Origin: Nitrospira sp.
GTDB taxonomy: Bacteria > Nitrospirota > Nitrospiria > Nitrospirales > Nitrospiraceae
Direction: 5' to 3'
DNA length: 64,000 nucleotides
NCBI GenBank assembly: GCA_024331095.1
Contig: JANDJE010000003.1
Location: forward strand, 35,768 to 99,767
How positions within the stretch are numbered: the stretch's first letter is position 1; every line of letters begins with the position of its first letter. Below, piece after piece: positions 39,079 to 48,786 of this stretch. The position numbers and the translations under genes are program-made. The notes below the pieces were generated by a model. That model saw nothing but the letters and a program-made list of their open reading frames with translations. It did not search any database and was not told where the DNA came from.

Positions 39079-39366
39079 AACGAGACCTTTCTCCCTGTCA
39101 ACAGAGACGGCACAGACGACAGAGACTGCGCCGGCAGGTTTCTTTTTTCGCCAAATCAGATGTCGAACTCGGTGTCGTGTCGTTTGACCTCGCGACGCGA
39201 GGTGTCTAAGAAGACGGGCATTTTACCATTTTGCCTTCCCGCTTTCCTCTATTAGGGCAAAGGTCGGGCGACGTCTTCGAGTCCTGAGTTTCTGAGTGAG
39301 CTCATCTCTGTGAGTGAGATGGAGGACAAAAGGCAAGAGCCAGCCGACCGACCGATAGGTGAACGC

Positions 39367-40104
39367 TCATGGCGGCGAGGCCGGAATTTGGACGCTGATG
39401 GCGCCGGCAAGATCCCCTTCATGGGCGCCTTCACGAGGATAGCCCGACACATCCAAGATTCCGGCCGGGCTTCCATGACACGTCAGGCAATCCGCCGAGT
39501 AATAAATCGGCGTCATCATCCGAAGAGTCCTTCCCCCATCGACCCATTCCGCGATGGGATCGTGAGCCGGTTGCGACGCAAGACGCTTCAAGACCCGCTC
39601 TTCGTAGGCGTCCGGAGCGTTTTTGGGATTGCGCGGATTGAGCGTCGTTTGTTTGAGCGTGACCCGCGAGCGGCTTGAAAACTTGCGCGACGTCTGGCTG
39701 CCGAACGTGGCGGGAATGAAATTTTTATAGCCGATGCCTCGTTGATTGATGACGAGCTGGGCGTCGGCCACCACGTGCTTGCCCGATTCCAACAGGAGCG
39801 GCAGCAGTTCTTTGGCCGGAACGGGAAGGTGAGGCGGGAGTCGCTTGAGATCGATCCCGGTTTGTTGAAAAAACTCGTCGACGACTTCCCGCTCAAACGA
39901 CTCGGCGGTGAATCCCTTCTCGCCCTTTTCGGGATCATTGATCAGCGGTTGATTGCGCTCCACCACGAGCCGCCCCACGTTCAGAAGGATGGTGAGATAG
40001 CGGGCGGTGAGTTCGCTCTCCTCTTGTTGCGTCCGCGCTTCACCCGGGAAGGGCGACGCGAGCGCGACGCTCAGCGAGATGAGCAAGCAGACGAGCCGTT
40101 TCAT
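39367..40104 (-). CDS. DUF3365/Tll0287-like periplasmic c-type heme protein
   Basis: Signal peptide, PRNPKNAPD, CLTCHG, GDLAGAISV. Confidence 0.85.
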   Translation of the reverse strand: MKRLVCLLISLSVALASPFPGEARTQQEESELTARYLTILLNVGRLVVERNQPLINDPEKGEKGFTAESFEREVVDEFFQQTGIDLKRLPPHLPVPAKELLPLLLESGKHVVADAQLVINQRGIGYKNFIPATFGSQTSRKFSSRSRVTLKQTTLNPRNPKNAPDAYEERVLKRLASQPAHDPIAEWVDGGRTLRMMTPIYYSADCLTCHGSPAGILDVSGYPREGAHEGDLAGAISVQIPASPP

Positions 40105-40130
40105 GGCAGAATTGTACATCATACGCCTCG

Positions 40131-41219
40131 TCACTTGCCCGCCATGCGACACTGGCCTTGGTTGTAGTGGCCCGGTACTTTCGAGACTTCAAGCGGCAGA
40201 CCCTCGACGGTCGCCCGGCGTGTCGGGGCGTAGTCCTCTTGGAGCCAGCGCCTTCGCATCTGCGCCAGGCGGCCTGTTTCTTCCAAACGATACAGTAAGT
40301 TGTTGAGGAGCCACTGGAGCCGTCGTTTTTCCTCGCTCGTGACGATCGAGAAATATTCCCGCGTGAGAATCAACGGTGAGCCGTCCGGACGCTCAAGCAA
40401 ACGCCAGTCCGGCCAGACGCGCTTGGTCACGTACTGGAGAATGGGATGATCGGTCAAAATGACGTCGATCGGCGGGTCCTTGGTCTCCACCGCCGCCGGA
40501 AGCGAGTCGCACACCACGAGCCTGGTGCGCGGCAGATTGGCCTCCGCGTAGAAATGGGCGGTTCTTCTGTTTTGCACCGCGACGGTCAGCCCGGACAAGC
40601 CTTCCTGCACGGCCGCCAGGGTATCGGCTTCCCCGGTTTGGTTGCGAAACGCCGAAAGGATCTTTTCCTCGACATCAGGACGTCGGACGATCACGCCGAT
40701 CCCGCCGTCGTGAAAATAAGGAATGGAGGTCCACAACCCGCCGGGGTGCGAGCCGGGGACGTTCCCGCTGAACGAGGAAACGAAGAGATCGAGATGCCCC
40801 TCGTTGAGTTCGATCAGAAGATCGCGGAAACGGGTCAGATGCAAGGTCGGCACGATGGGCCGCCGCCCTCCGCAGTGATCGCTTAAGGCTTGCGAAACTT
40901 CTCGGATTAGTTCGACGTCGAGGCCGGTGACCCGAATCCCCTCGTCGGTATAGACCGCCGGAAACACGAAGGGACGAAAGGGTTCGACGGAGATGCCCAC
41001 GCGCAGGCGCCCGCGCGAACAGATGGTCGAAAGCTCATCGCCGGTCAAGGGATGCACCGACTCGATCGCGTCGAAAACCAGCCCGCATCCCGGCAAGAAA
41101 CCGGTAAGCGTCATGAGAAGGAGGAGCCGGCATCGGATCCCGAGAGGGCGTCGGCCATTGTCGGCGTCGCTATGGCTATGAATGAATAGAGCGCCGTCGG
41201 ATGAATCGTTGGCGGTCAT
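40131..41219 (-). CDS. Periplasmic substrate-binding lipoprotein (family 3-like)
   Basis: Lipobox FLPGC, RGRLRVGIS, GLDVELI, GRLAQMRRRWL; start uncertain. Confidence 0.75.
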   Translation of the reverse strand: MTANDSSDGALFIHSHSDADNGRRPLGIRCRLLLLMTLTGFLPGCGLVFDAIESVHPLTGDELSTICSRGRLRVGISVEPFRPFVFPAVYTDEGIRVTGLDVELIREVSQALSDHCGGRRPIVPTLHLTRFRDLLIELNEGHLDLFVSSFSGNVPGSHPGGLWTSIPYFHDGGIGVIVRRPDVEEKILSAFRNQTGEADTLAAVQEGLSGLTVAVQNRRTAHFYAEANLPRTRLVVCDSLPAAVETKDPPIDVILTDHPILQYVTKRVWPDWRLLERPDGSPLILTREYFSIVTSEEKRRLQWLLNNLLYRLEETGRLAQMRRRWLQEDYAPTRRATVEGLPLEVSKVPGHYNQGQCRMAGK

Positions 41220-41224
41220 ACCGG

Positions 41225-41869
41225 TCAGAATCTGACACCGATCGTAAAGAGCCACTGTTCCGTCAAATTGGATGCACTCTGGAAGTCGATTTCAAACCGC
41301 GAATATTGCAGTCCCATGTCCACAGAAAACCCTTTCGCCACCGGAAAGCGGACGCCGATTTGGCCTCCGTAGAGATAGCCGGGAGACCACTCGCCCCTGC
41401 CGGGCAGCGTTCCTCCGATCAGCGCCCCGACGTAAGGAACCGCTCGATCCTCAAGCGGGCCGAAGAGAATATGCCGAATCAGCCGATGAATCGGCTTGTC
41501 CTTGGGAAAGTCCAGAATGTCGATGAAATTATTCCACCGCGGGTTGACATACAACGAATGCTGGTCCGTGGTGAAGGTTCTGGTGTGCTGGCTGTAGAAC
41601 TGATACACCGTTCTGACTTCGATCAGACCATACCGGAGGGCGGTAATGCCGGCCTGGGCGGCGATGACTCTGGCGCGGGGAGCGAAGGTGCGTTGATTGA
41701 ATGAAATGTCGAAATTAAACGGACGAAGCGGAAGCAATTCCAACGTTGAATCGAGCGCCATGGCAAGGGAAGAAAACGGCATCGAGAGCAGGATCGTGCC
41801 GAGCAGACAGACGGCCGGCCGCGGAGGGAAGCGACGACTGCACGGCGGCAATCTCCCCGCTCTTGTCAT
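41225..41869 (-). CDS. Putative outer membrane beta-barrel protein
   Basis: Signal peptide, alternating beta strands, C-terminal IGVRF. Confidence 0.65.
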   Translation of the reverse strand: MTRAGRLPPCSRRFPPRPAVCLLGTILLSMPFSSLAMALDSTLELLPLRPFNFDISFNQRTFAPRARVIAAQAGITALRYGLIEVRTVYQFYSQHTRTFTTDQHSLYVNPRWNNFIDILDFPKDKPIHRLIRHILFGPLEDRAVPYVGALIGGTLPGRGEWSPGYLYGGQIGVRFPVAKGFSVDMGLQYSRFEIDFQSASNLTEQWLFTIGVRF

Positions 41870-41983
41870 GCGGCTCCTCCGGCTCCGATCATGTCACGCA
41901 CGATATCCTATCAGGTTTCTCGCCGAGAAGGAGCCGGACAAACCATCCGGTGAGCCAACGCGGATGCGCCGTCACCGGCCTCT

Positions 41984-42517
41984 TCAACGCAAGAGCCGCT
42001 TGATCGATCGTTCAGTCGAGAAGGACTCCTTCTTCGCCTGGTCGCCGCCGCGCTTCGCACGGAAAAAACTCTGCAAGATCGCCTGACACTCTTCTTCCAA
42101 CAGGCCTCCCAGGACTTCCACGCGATGATTCAGCCGGGGCTCGCACGGGATGTCGAAGAGTGAGCCGCAAGCGCCGGCCTTGGGGTCCCAGGCTCCGAAC
42201 ACAAGTCGCGCGATGCGGGCCTGTACGACGGCGCCGGCGCACATGGGGCAGGGTTCGAGCGTCACGTAGAGCGTCGAATCGGTCAGCCGCCATGTCCGAC
42301 GGTGATCGGCTGCTTTCCGAATAGCGAGGAGTTCGGCGTGAGCCGTCGGATCTTGTCGAGATTCGCGGAGATTATGGGCGGAGGCCAGGACCTTGCCCTC
42401 GTGCACGAGGACCGCGGCGATCGGCACTTCTCCCGCCGCGGGCGCCGATCGAGCCAGCTCCAGAGCCAGTCGCATAAAGTGGCGATCAACGTCGTTCCAA
42501 CCCATGAGACGATCCAC
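41984..42517 (-). CDS. tadA: tRNA adenosine(34) deaminase
   Basis: GEVPI, DPTAHAE, TLEPCPMCAG, RLNHR. Confidence 0.94.
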   Translation of the reverse strand: MDRLMGWNDVDRHFMRLALELARSAPAAGEVPIAAVLVHEGKVLASAHNLRESRQDPTAHAELLAIRKAADHRRTWRLTDSTLYVTLEPCPMCAGAVVQARIARLVFGAWDPKAGACGSLFDIPCEPRLNHRVEVLGGLLEEECQAILQSFFRAKRGGDQAKKESFSTERSIKRLLR

Positions 42518-42602
42518 GGCCGCGTGCCGATCGCTTCCCGCGGCATGGTAACACAGGGGCTTTGATCGGGGGCAGGGGCGTGAAAAAAAGAAAAGAGGAT
42601 GG

Positions 42603-43628
42603 CTACAAGGAACTCCGGAGGTACGGCACTCCCGTGGGCTGCCGACCTCCTCCGGCCGGTTCCAAACTGACGGAAAAAGCCTTCACGCCGGGAAAATCGG
42701 GGACGGACTGGACGAACAGATGAGAGGTTTCTCCTTTGCCGACACGAAAGGCGCCGACGCTGACAGGTTTCTCGTGCAGGAGCCAGAGTCGGTACTCCGT
42801 TCCGGTCGGACACGCGGGAAGATTCAGCGTGTATAGCCAGGCTTTCCGGGTTCGGTGATCATAGAGGAAGATCCCTGATGCGTCCCCGGCTGCTTCCGTT
42901 CCGGCCAGGACGGCGGCTTTGATGGTCGGCGTGCGCAAGAGCACGGCCAACTCGTCTTCGGGCGCGTGAGCGCGGCGTTTCTCGTACTGATCGAGTCGGT
43001 TCTTGAGAACGTCCAATTCGGCTTCGCGCTGGATCAGTTGATCTTTGAGCTCTGCCATATCGGCCAGGGAGCGTTGCAGTTCTTCGCGCGCGCGAATCAG
43101 GGATTGCTCGCGCTCTTCGAGCCGACGTTGCAACTCAGCCGATTGAGAAGCGGCGGAAGCGGCTTGCGCCTTCCACTGCGTTAACGCGACCGAGTCATCC
43201 GTCACGTGCGAATCACGGGCGATCCACGCCATCGCGACGCTTCCGGCGACGGCCGCGGCGACGGCCGATCCGACGATCCATCTCGGCACGCCGTTCATCC
43301 ATGCGATTGCGGGGCGGGAATCAGGTTGAGACACATGCTCCATCCATTTCCCCGGCCCGAGGCGCGGGAGATCCGACGTGTGTCCCATCGTGTCATGGCT
43401 GGATGCGGATGCCCGCGCCGCCATGATGGAGGCTTTCAATAAGCGGGGCGGGGCGACGAGGTCCAAGCCGAACGGAAGGGCGGCCGCCACGGCCTGAAAT
43501 TCCCGGAGCGCGGAATGACAAGAAGGACAACCGGACAGCAGGTGAGCGTCGAGCATTTGTCGCTCGCTTCGTTCCAGCGCACCGATCGCGTACAGCGGAA
43601 TCGCGTCTTCCAACTCACCGTGAGTCAT
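42603..43628 (-). CDS. Anti-sigma factor (zinc-finger + coiled coil + RskA-like domain)
   Basis: HLLSGCPSC ZAS motif, TM, coiled coil, YRLW, SLEPAGG..QPTG. Confidence 0.88.
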   Translation of the reverse strand: MTHGELEDAIPLYAIGALERSERQMLDAHLLSGCPSCHSALREFQAVAAALPFGLDLVAPPRLLKASIMAARASASSHDTMGHTSDLPRLGPGKWMEHVSQPDSRPAIAWMNGVPRWIVGSAVAAAVAGSVAMAWIARDSHVTDDSVALTQWKAQAASAASQSAELQRRLEEREQSLIRAREELQRSLADMAELKDQLIQREAELDVLKNRLDQYEKRRAHAPEDELAVLLRTPTIKAAVLAGTEAAGDASGIFLYDHRTRKAWLYTLNLPACPTGTEYRLWLLHEKPVSVGAFRVGKGETSHLFVQSVPDFPGVKAFSVSLEPAGGGRQPTGVPYLRSSL

Positions 43629-44230
43629 GAACGGGTATTGCGCTCCTCGTCTTTCTGCAGAGCTTCCCGCAGCTTGATCATGGCGAGCCTGATGCGGGTC
43701 TTCACGGTTTCGGGGGGGTGATTGAGCTTTGAGGAAATGTCCGCGTAAGAGAGACCGCCATAGTAGGCCATTTCAACGGCTTCCCGTTGCGCCGACGGCA
43801 GACCGGCTGCCGCATCGAGAATCAATCGTCTGAGCTCTTGGTCGGCCTGCGCGTCGAAGGAGCCGGAAGGGTGATCCGCCGTCTGTTCCGTCGTCGAGAC
43901 GTTCGGCAGATGGGCGGGCCGGCGCTTGGTTCGGACGCTTCCCGTTCGCAGTCGGTCGACGGCGCGGTTGCGAGTCAGCGCGATCAACCAGGCGATCGGC
44001 GTGCCGCGGCCTACGTCGTATCGCGCCGCCCTTTTCCGGATTTCAAGGTAGACCTCTTGCAACAGGTCGGCCGCTTCCTCGCGGTTTCCCAAAATCTTGA
44101 GCGCGAGGCTGTAGAGAAGCGTCCCGGACAGATCATAGAGGAGAGAGAAGGCCTGGGGCTCGCCCTTCATCACTCGGGACAGCAGAGCGGGCTCGATGGT
44201 TGAGACGGCTTGTTCCGGATCCTGGCGCAT
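43625..44230 (-). CDS. ECF RNA polymerase sigma factor (SigK-like)
   Basis: AADLLQEVY, RNRAVDRLR, MAYYGGLSY, TVKTRIR; coupled to anti-sigma. Confidence 0.92.
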   Translation of the reverse strand: MRQDPEQAVSTIEPALLSRVMKGEPQAFSLLYDLSGTLLYSLALKILGNREEAADLLQEVYLEIRKRAARYDVGRGTPIAWLIALTRNRAVDRLRTGSVRTKRRPAHLPNVSTTEQTADHPSGSFDAQADQELRRLILDAAAGLPSAQREAVEMAYYGGLSYADISSKLNHPPETVKTRIRLAMIKLREALQKDEERNTRS

Positions 44231-44330
44231 AAACGTTGTATGAGAAGCCCGACGCTTCCTTCGTCGAGCACGCGCCGTTACTATAGCATTGTTTCTCCGT
44301 TCGACGAATGAAACGGGCAATCCGTGCGCA

Positions 44331-45413
44331 TCACAAAAACGTCGCCAACAATCCGGCGGCATCCTCCGCTCCGCTCATCGCGGGCGGGGGAAAAGGGGGG
44401 GAAGGAAGAGCGACGGCGGAATCGAGAGCGGCCAACCACCGGCCGGCGGAGAAATCCTGCCGCGACAATTCGATCCCTCGCCCGTGCCGGTGAAGGAACT
44501 CCACCAACGGTTGCTCGTCGGCGAAATTGTATCGGCGGATATAAACGAGCGGAATGCCCAGCGCCACGGCTTCGACCACCGTTCCGTATCCCGGTTTCGT
44601 CATGATGACGTCCACGGAAGCCAGCAGTTCTTTGAAGGAAAAAGGCAGCGAGCGGGTTGAGACAAACCGCCGGTCGCCTGGAGGAACCGAGCCGTCGAAG
44701 AGGAACCGATACCCGATCGCCGTGCGCAAGGATTCAAACGGAAGAGTCGCCAACGGGATGCCGCCGAATCCGACCAGCACCGTCCGCTCTCCGGGAGCGA
44801 GCCGAAGGCATGCCGCGAGTCGATCGCGGGCCGGGGAGGCGGGCTCCGCGATCGGCCCGACGTCGAGCAACCGCTGAAAACCGGTAACGACGGGCGCCGG
44901 GGTGATGCGGAGCGCGAGGTCGGCATGGGCGTAGGCTTGGCGGATTGCATGCAGCAATGTCTCATGGGGAATCTCCGGCGTCGGCGCGAACGCCGACAGC
45001 ACCAGGTCCCAGGTAAAATTCATGAGCGCGACGGTGGGAACGCCGGCCTTCGCCCCTGCCGCCATGGCCAAGTAGGGCGTGTCGGCCAGGATCAGGTCGG
45101 GGCGGGCGTCAAGGATGGCCGATACTTCGGCCTGCAGCCGTTCCTTCCAGGTCAGGTGAAACTCATGGTGCTTCCGCCACGTTGCCGTCGTATCGATCGA
45201 CAGCGGTCCCTCTTGAATGCAGCCGACATCTTGTGGCACGGCTTGAACGTTGAAGGGAACCGCAAGCCGGTTTGTAAAAAACGAACGAGGAACCGTGGTT
45301 CGAAGCAGCACTCGGAGATCGGGAACGAGTTGCCCCAACGCATGAAGAACTGGAACGACCTGCGCGGCGTGGCCGAATCCGTGGGCTGAGATCGCGGCCC
45401 AGATCAGCGGCAT
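44331..45413 (-). CDS. GT-B fold glycosyltransferase-like protein
   Basis: SAHGFGHA, NFTWD, TKPGYGTVVEA. Confidence 0.8.
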   Translation of the reverse strand: MPLIWAAISAHGFGHAAQVVPVLHALGQLVPDLRVLLRTTVPRSFFTNRLAVPFNVQAVPQDVGCIQEGPLSIDTTATWRKHHEFHLTWKERLQAEVSAILDARPDLILADTPYLAMAAGAKAGVPTVALMNFTWDLVLSAFAPTPEIPHETLLHAIRQAYAHADLALRITPAPVVTGFQRLLDVGPIAEPASPARDRLAACLRLAPGERTVLVGFGGIPLATLPFESLRTAIGYRFLFDGSVPPGDRRFVSTRSLPFSFKELLASVDVIMTKPGYGTVVEAVALGIPLVYIRRYNFADEQPLVEFLHRHGRGIELSRQDFSAGRWLAALDSAVALPSPPFPPPAMSGAEDAAGLLATFL

Positions 45414-45507
45414 CGGAAAGAAGGAAACTCACACGACAGGTGACGGGTGAGCCAATGCGGGGGAAGAAGCGAAACCGAAGACGCTGGTTCCTTGAGTCTC
45501 GGCACGG

Positions 45508-45708
45508 TCAACTGTTCGAGTGGTCGGATTCCATGGGAGCGATGTTGTACAACAGCTCAAGGTCGAAATCGTCGACCAGCTCGTTGAACGCGCCGGCACC
45601 CATGTCGGAACGGACCTCGGCCATGACGAGATCGATGGCGGGGGCGGCATGTTGTCCGAACTGGGTGATGGCCCATTCGATGCGCTGTCGAGCCTCGGCG
45701 AGAGTCAT
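45508..45708 (-). CDS. Small hypothetical protein
   Basis: AAAGGAG RBS, 66 aa with helical protein-like composition. Confidence 0.7.
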   Translation of the reverse strand: MTLAEARQRIEWAITQFGQHAAPAIDLVMAEVRSDMGAGAFNELVDDFDLELLYNIAPMESDHSNS

Positions 45709-45808
45709 GACGGCTCCTTTCTCACGGTCGGTTGCGCGCAAAACCTCGACTGTTTTGCGCGCCGTCACCGTGACCGCCGTCACTATAGCATCGACGCGTC
45801 GGAATCCG

Positions 45809-46549
45809 CTAGGGCGCGGGGGTGATGGCGATGGGCACGGCCGGATTCTCACCCGGCTTGGGAGTCGACTTTCGAGCCCCCACGGTGACGGTGCGGATTG
45901 CCGGGGGAGATGCGGGGCGGCCGGCCAGATATCGCTCGCTGTCCCGTACCAGTTGACGCATCAAGTCTTGCAGGCAAGTCTCCGTCACCTGTCCCTTGAG
46001 CTCGTCGAACAGGATTGGCGTGGCTCCAAAGAGATGATAGCGGGCGGTTCCGGATGAGGCCGCCTCGTAGCGACGGACATCGCCGTCCCATCGTTCGAGT
46101 TCCAGCGTGGCTTGCGCGGCGTAGCCGTAGTCGAGTTCGATGAGCGGCGCGAGGAGAAACATCGAAGCCCCGACCAGGAATCCTTTCCAGGCTGAAGCTC
46201 CCGATCGGGGATCGATGGTCTCTTCCAGGGTCATTCGCGCGGTCACGGTTGCCTCGCTCAAGGAGGATGAGTCGCCTCCCAAAGGGATCACGGTCGAGAA
46301 GAGGCGGGTTTCTTGAACGTTGGCGAGCAGGCGGCGCTCCAAATCGGATGACGGATGTTGAGGAGCGCCGTTCTGAATCACCTGGAGGCCCTCCACGACG
46401 AGGGGAACCCGTTCATCCTTGGAAACCGTGCGCGTGAGGGGGGCGGCATCGGACGGCGGAGAGGGCGTCACGTCGATCCAGCGACCGCATCCGAGTGTCG
46501 TCATAGTGAACAGCCCCAGCATGATCCAGCCCGTCCTATAAGCAGTCAT
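45809..46549 (-). CDS. Hypothetical lipoprotein
   Basis: AAGGAG RBS, lipobox TLGC. Confidence 0.7.
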   Translation of the reverse strand: MTAYRTGWIMLGLFTMTTLGCGRWIDVTPSPPSDAAPLTRTVSKDERVPLVVEGLQVIQNGAPQHPSSDLERRLLANVQETRLFSTVIPLGGDSSSLSEATVTARMTLEETIDPRSGASAWKGFLVGASMFLLAPLIELDYGYAAQATLELERWDGDVRRYEAASSGTARYHLFGATPILFDELKGQVTETCLQDLMRQLVRDSERYLAGRPASPPAIRTVTVGARKSTPKPGENPAVPIAITPAP

Positions 46550-46560
46550 ACGGTGTCTCC

Positions 46561-47172
46561 TTAGAAATAAAATGAAAACCCGCAGAAGGGGAGACTCGAG
46601 TTGAGCCCCAAATTCGGATAGGCGGTGCCGGCGTTGGAGATATGATGAAATCGGTAGCCGACGTTCAAAGCCGTCTGCGGCGTGAGAAACCATGACAGGC
46701 CGACGCCGCCGGTCACGATGAAGTTGAACTCGTTGGCTTCCTCGGGAATCCGCCCGCCGAGATCGGTCCAGAACGGGCCTCCGGCGAACTCCAGATAGGG
46801 GCGCAGCCGATCCGTGACGATGAGGCTGTATTTGATTTTTGGCGTAAAGCCGATGCCGTGCGTCAGGATCGGTTCGCGAAATTGCAGATAGACCATTTCC
46901 GCGCCGATGGCGACCTGCCCGCGAAGCCAGCGTGGGCCGAAAGGATCGGTGAGCGTCATCATCCACGACGGCATCAGGGCCGGTCCCTGCTGTTTGGTCG
47001 TATGGTCCGTCGTCAGCCGATGGGGCAGCAGATACCCGGCGGTGAGACCGACTTCCTGTGTGCCGATCGTGATGCGGGGAGCATCCGGAGATGGGTCTGC
47101 GCCCTGAGCCGGTGGAGCAGTCAGACAGGCCCCGACGATGATCATGAAGAACGCTCGAATACGAAACGGCAT
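46561..47172 (-). CDS. PagL-like lipid A 3-O-deacylase/acyloxyacyl hydrolase beta-barrel
   Basis: GYRFHHISNAGTAYPNLGLN catalytic motif, terminal F. Confidence 0.88.
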   Translation of the reverse strand: MPFRIRAFFMIIVGACLTAPPAQGADPSPDAPRITIGTQEVGLTAGYLLPHRLTTDHTTKQQGPALMPSWMMTLTDPFGPRWLRGQVAIGAEMVYLQFREPILTHGIGFTPKIKYSLIVTDRLRPYLEFAGGPFWTDLGGRIPEEANEFNFIVTGGVGLSWFLTPQTALNVGYRFHHISNAGTAYPNLGLNSSLPFCGFSFYF

Positions 47173-47341
47173 GGACGATCCGTGACAATCTCCTGTCGGC
47201 CGGTCCGGGTCAAAACTTGACCGTCGGCGTGACGCCATCACGGTATCAGAGCATGACGTCCTGTCCAGGAATTCCTGAAGTTCAGCCGAACGGTGCCGGG
47301 AAGCGAGTCAATCGATCATTGGCGAAGAGCGAAGGCGCAAA

Positions 47342-48106
47342 CTATCCCGAACGGTCAAGACCGGCCAAGTGGGCGGAATCAGTCTCCAGTTCCGGAAGCC
47401 GGTATCGTCGGTCGAGCAAGACCGCTCGCTCGAGACAGCGGCGGGCTGAAATCACATCGCGACGGGACTCATAGACGGTGGCGAGCAGGCGAAGCACGGC
47501 GGCTTCGGCCGGTTCCTGGCCGAGCCTGATGTAATGTTCCGAGGCATTGTTGAGACAACGTTCGGCTTGAACGAGATCGCCGTGGTCGAAGAACGTTTTT
47601 CCCAGTTGGCTGTACGTGACCGCCAGCCCTTCCTCATTGCCGACGATCCGGTGGTGATCGAGCGCCCGCGCAAACGACGCGACGGCCTCGCTCCATCGGC
47701 CGTCGCGGGCCTCTTGCTGCCCCAGATTGTGATAGAGGATGCCGAGAGCGCGATCGTCCTTCAACTCGCGCAGGAGGTCCAATGCCTCAAGATAATAGGG
47801 GCGGGCTTTGTCCGGACGGCCGGCGCCGATCAGGAGATTGCCGAGATTGACGAGCGTGTGGGCGATGGCGTGCTGATTGCGCTCCGTCCGCTGGATGGTC
47901 AGGACTTCACGGTAGCATCGCTCCGCGCGATCGAAGTCGTTCATCAGCGCGCAAGTGTTTCCCAGATTGCCCAACGAGTTGGCGAGCTCGCTTCGGTCGT
48001 CGCCGGCGCGGTCTTCCGCCACCGCCGCTTCCCAAGCCTCGCGGGCATGGCTCAGATCTCCGCGATGCAGAAAAATCCGCGCCCGATGTTTGTGATCATC
48101 GCCCAT
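47342..48106 (-). CDS. Tetratricopeptide repeat protein
   Basis: Repeated A..L.NLG TPR units. Confidence 0.88.
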   Translation of the reverse strand: MGDDHKHRARIFLHRGDLSHAREAWEAAVAEDRAGDDRSELANSLGNLGNTCALMNDFDRAERCYREVLTIQRTERNQHAIAHTLVNLGNLLIGAGRPDKARPYYLEALDLLRELKDDRALGILYHNLGQQEARDGRWSEAVASFARALDHHRIVGNEEGLAVTYSQLGKTFFDHGDLVQAERCLNNASEHYIRLGQEPAEAAVLRLLATVYESRRDVISARRCLERAVLLDRRYRLPELETDSAHLAGLDRSG

Positions 48107-48201
48107 GAATCATCAGCGTCAACGAGAGGCCGCGATTAGGGCGCTCGGGAGGTTCAACGCGACGTACACACTCAACACGCAACCTGTGAGGCATCCCTGC
48201 G

Positions 48202-48624
48202 TCAGTCGCCCCCCTTCGGTGTGTCGCTCTGGTAGTCGATCAGCATTTCGTCCTCTTCTTGCAAACCTAACCCCGTTCGAAAAGAGGCGCGCAATTCCGT
48301 GATTCGCTCGGTATGTGGAAGGTCGCCGGCTTTATGTGATGCAAGATACGCTTCGCAGAGCGCCAAACCCGTTTCGAAGTGACGGGCGATCGTTTCCTCC
48401 GTCGCCTGTTGCCAGGTGATGTAGATGCAGAAGGCCTGAAACGATCCGGCATTCGGGTAGTGTTGCGCGAGCGCGAGCAAACGTTCATAGGCCTCCCGCG
48501 CCTCCGTGCCGGCGACGGAGGAAAACGTCTGTTCCAACTCAACGGCCGTTTCCCAGTCCGGGCCGAGTTCCCGTTGGGATTCGCGAAAGGCGTTCTGGGC
48601 GGCGAGGGCCGGATCGAAGCGCAT
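48202..48624 (-). CDS. Hypothetical protein
   Basis: Protein-like ORF, co-oriented with TPR gene. Confidence 0.65.
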   Translation of the reverse strand: MRFDPALAAQNAFRESQRELGPDWETAVELEQTFSSVAGTEAREAYERLLALAQHYPNAGSFQAFCIYITWQQATEETIARHFETGLALCEAYLASHKAGDLPHTERITELRASFRTGLGLQEEDEMLIDYQSDTPKGGD

Positions 48625-48786
48625 GGCGGCTCGCACTCTTTCTCTATGGCGGAGTTGTCGGGAGGCTTGAGAATACCGGGAAGTCGAAAGGAGATCAATG
48701 TGTGAGGCGAGCCGTTTCAGTCTCGACCACTGAACCGCCACATTTACTTTGTCGCTTCCGCTCGCTAGACTGCCGTTCCGATTCCG

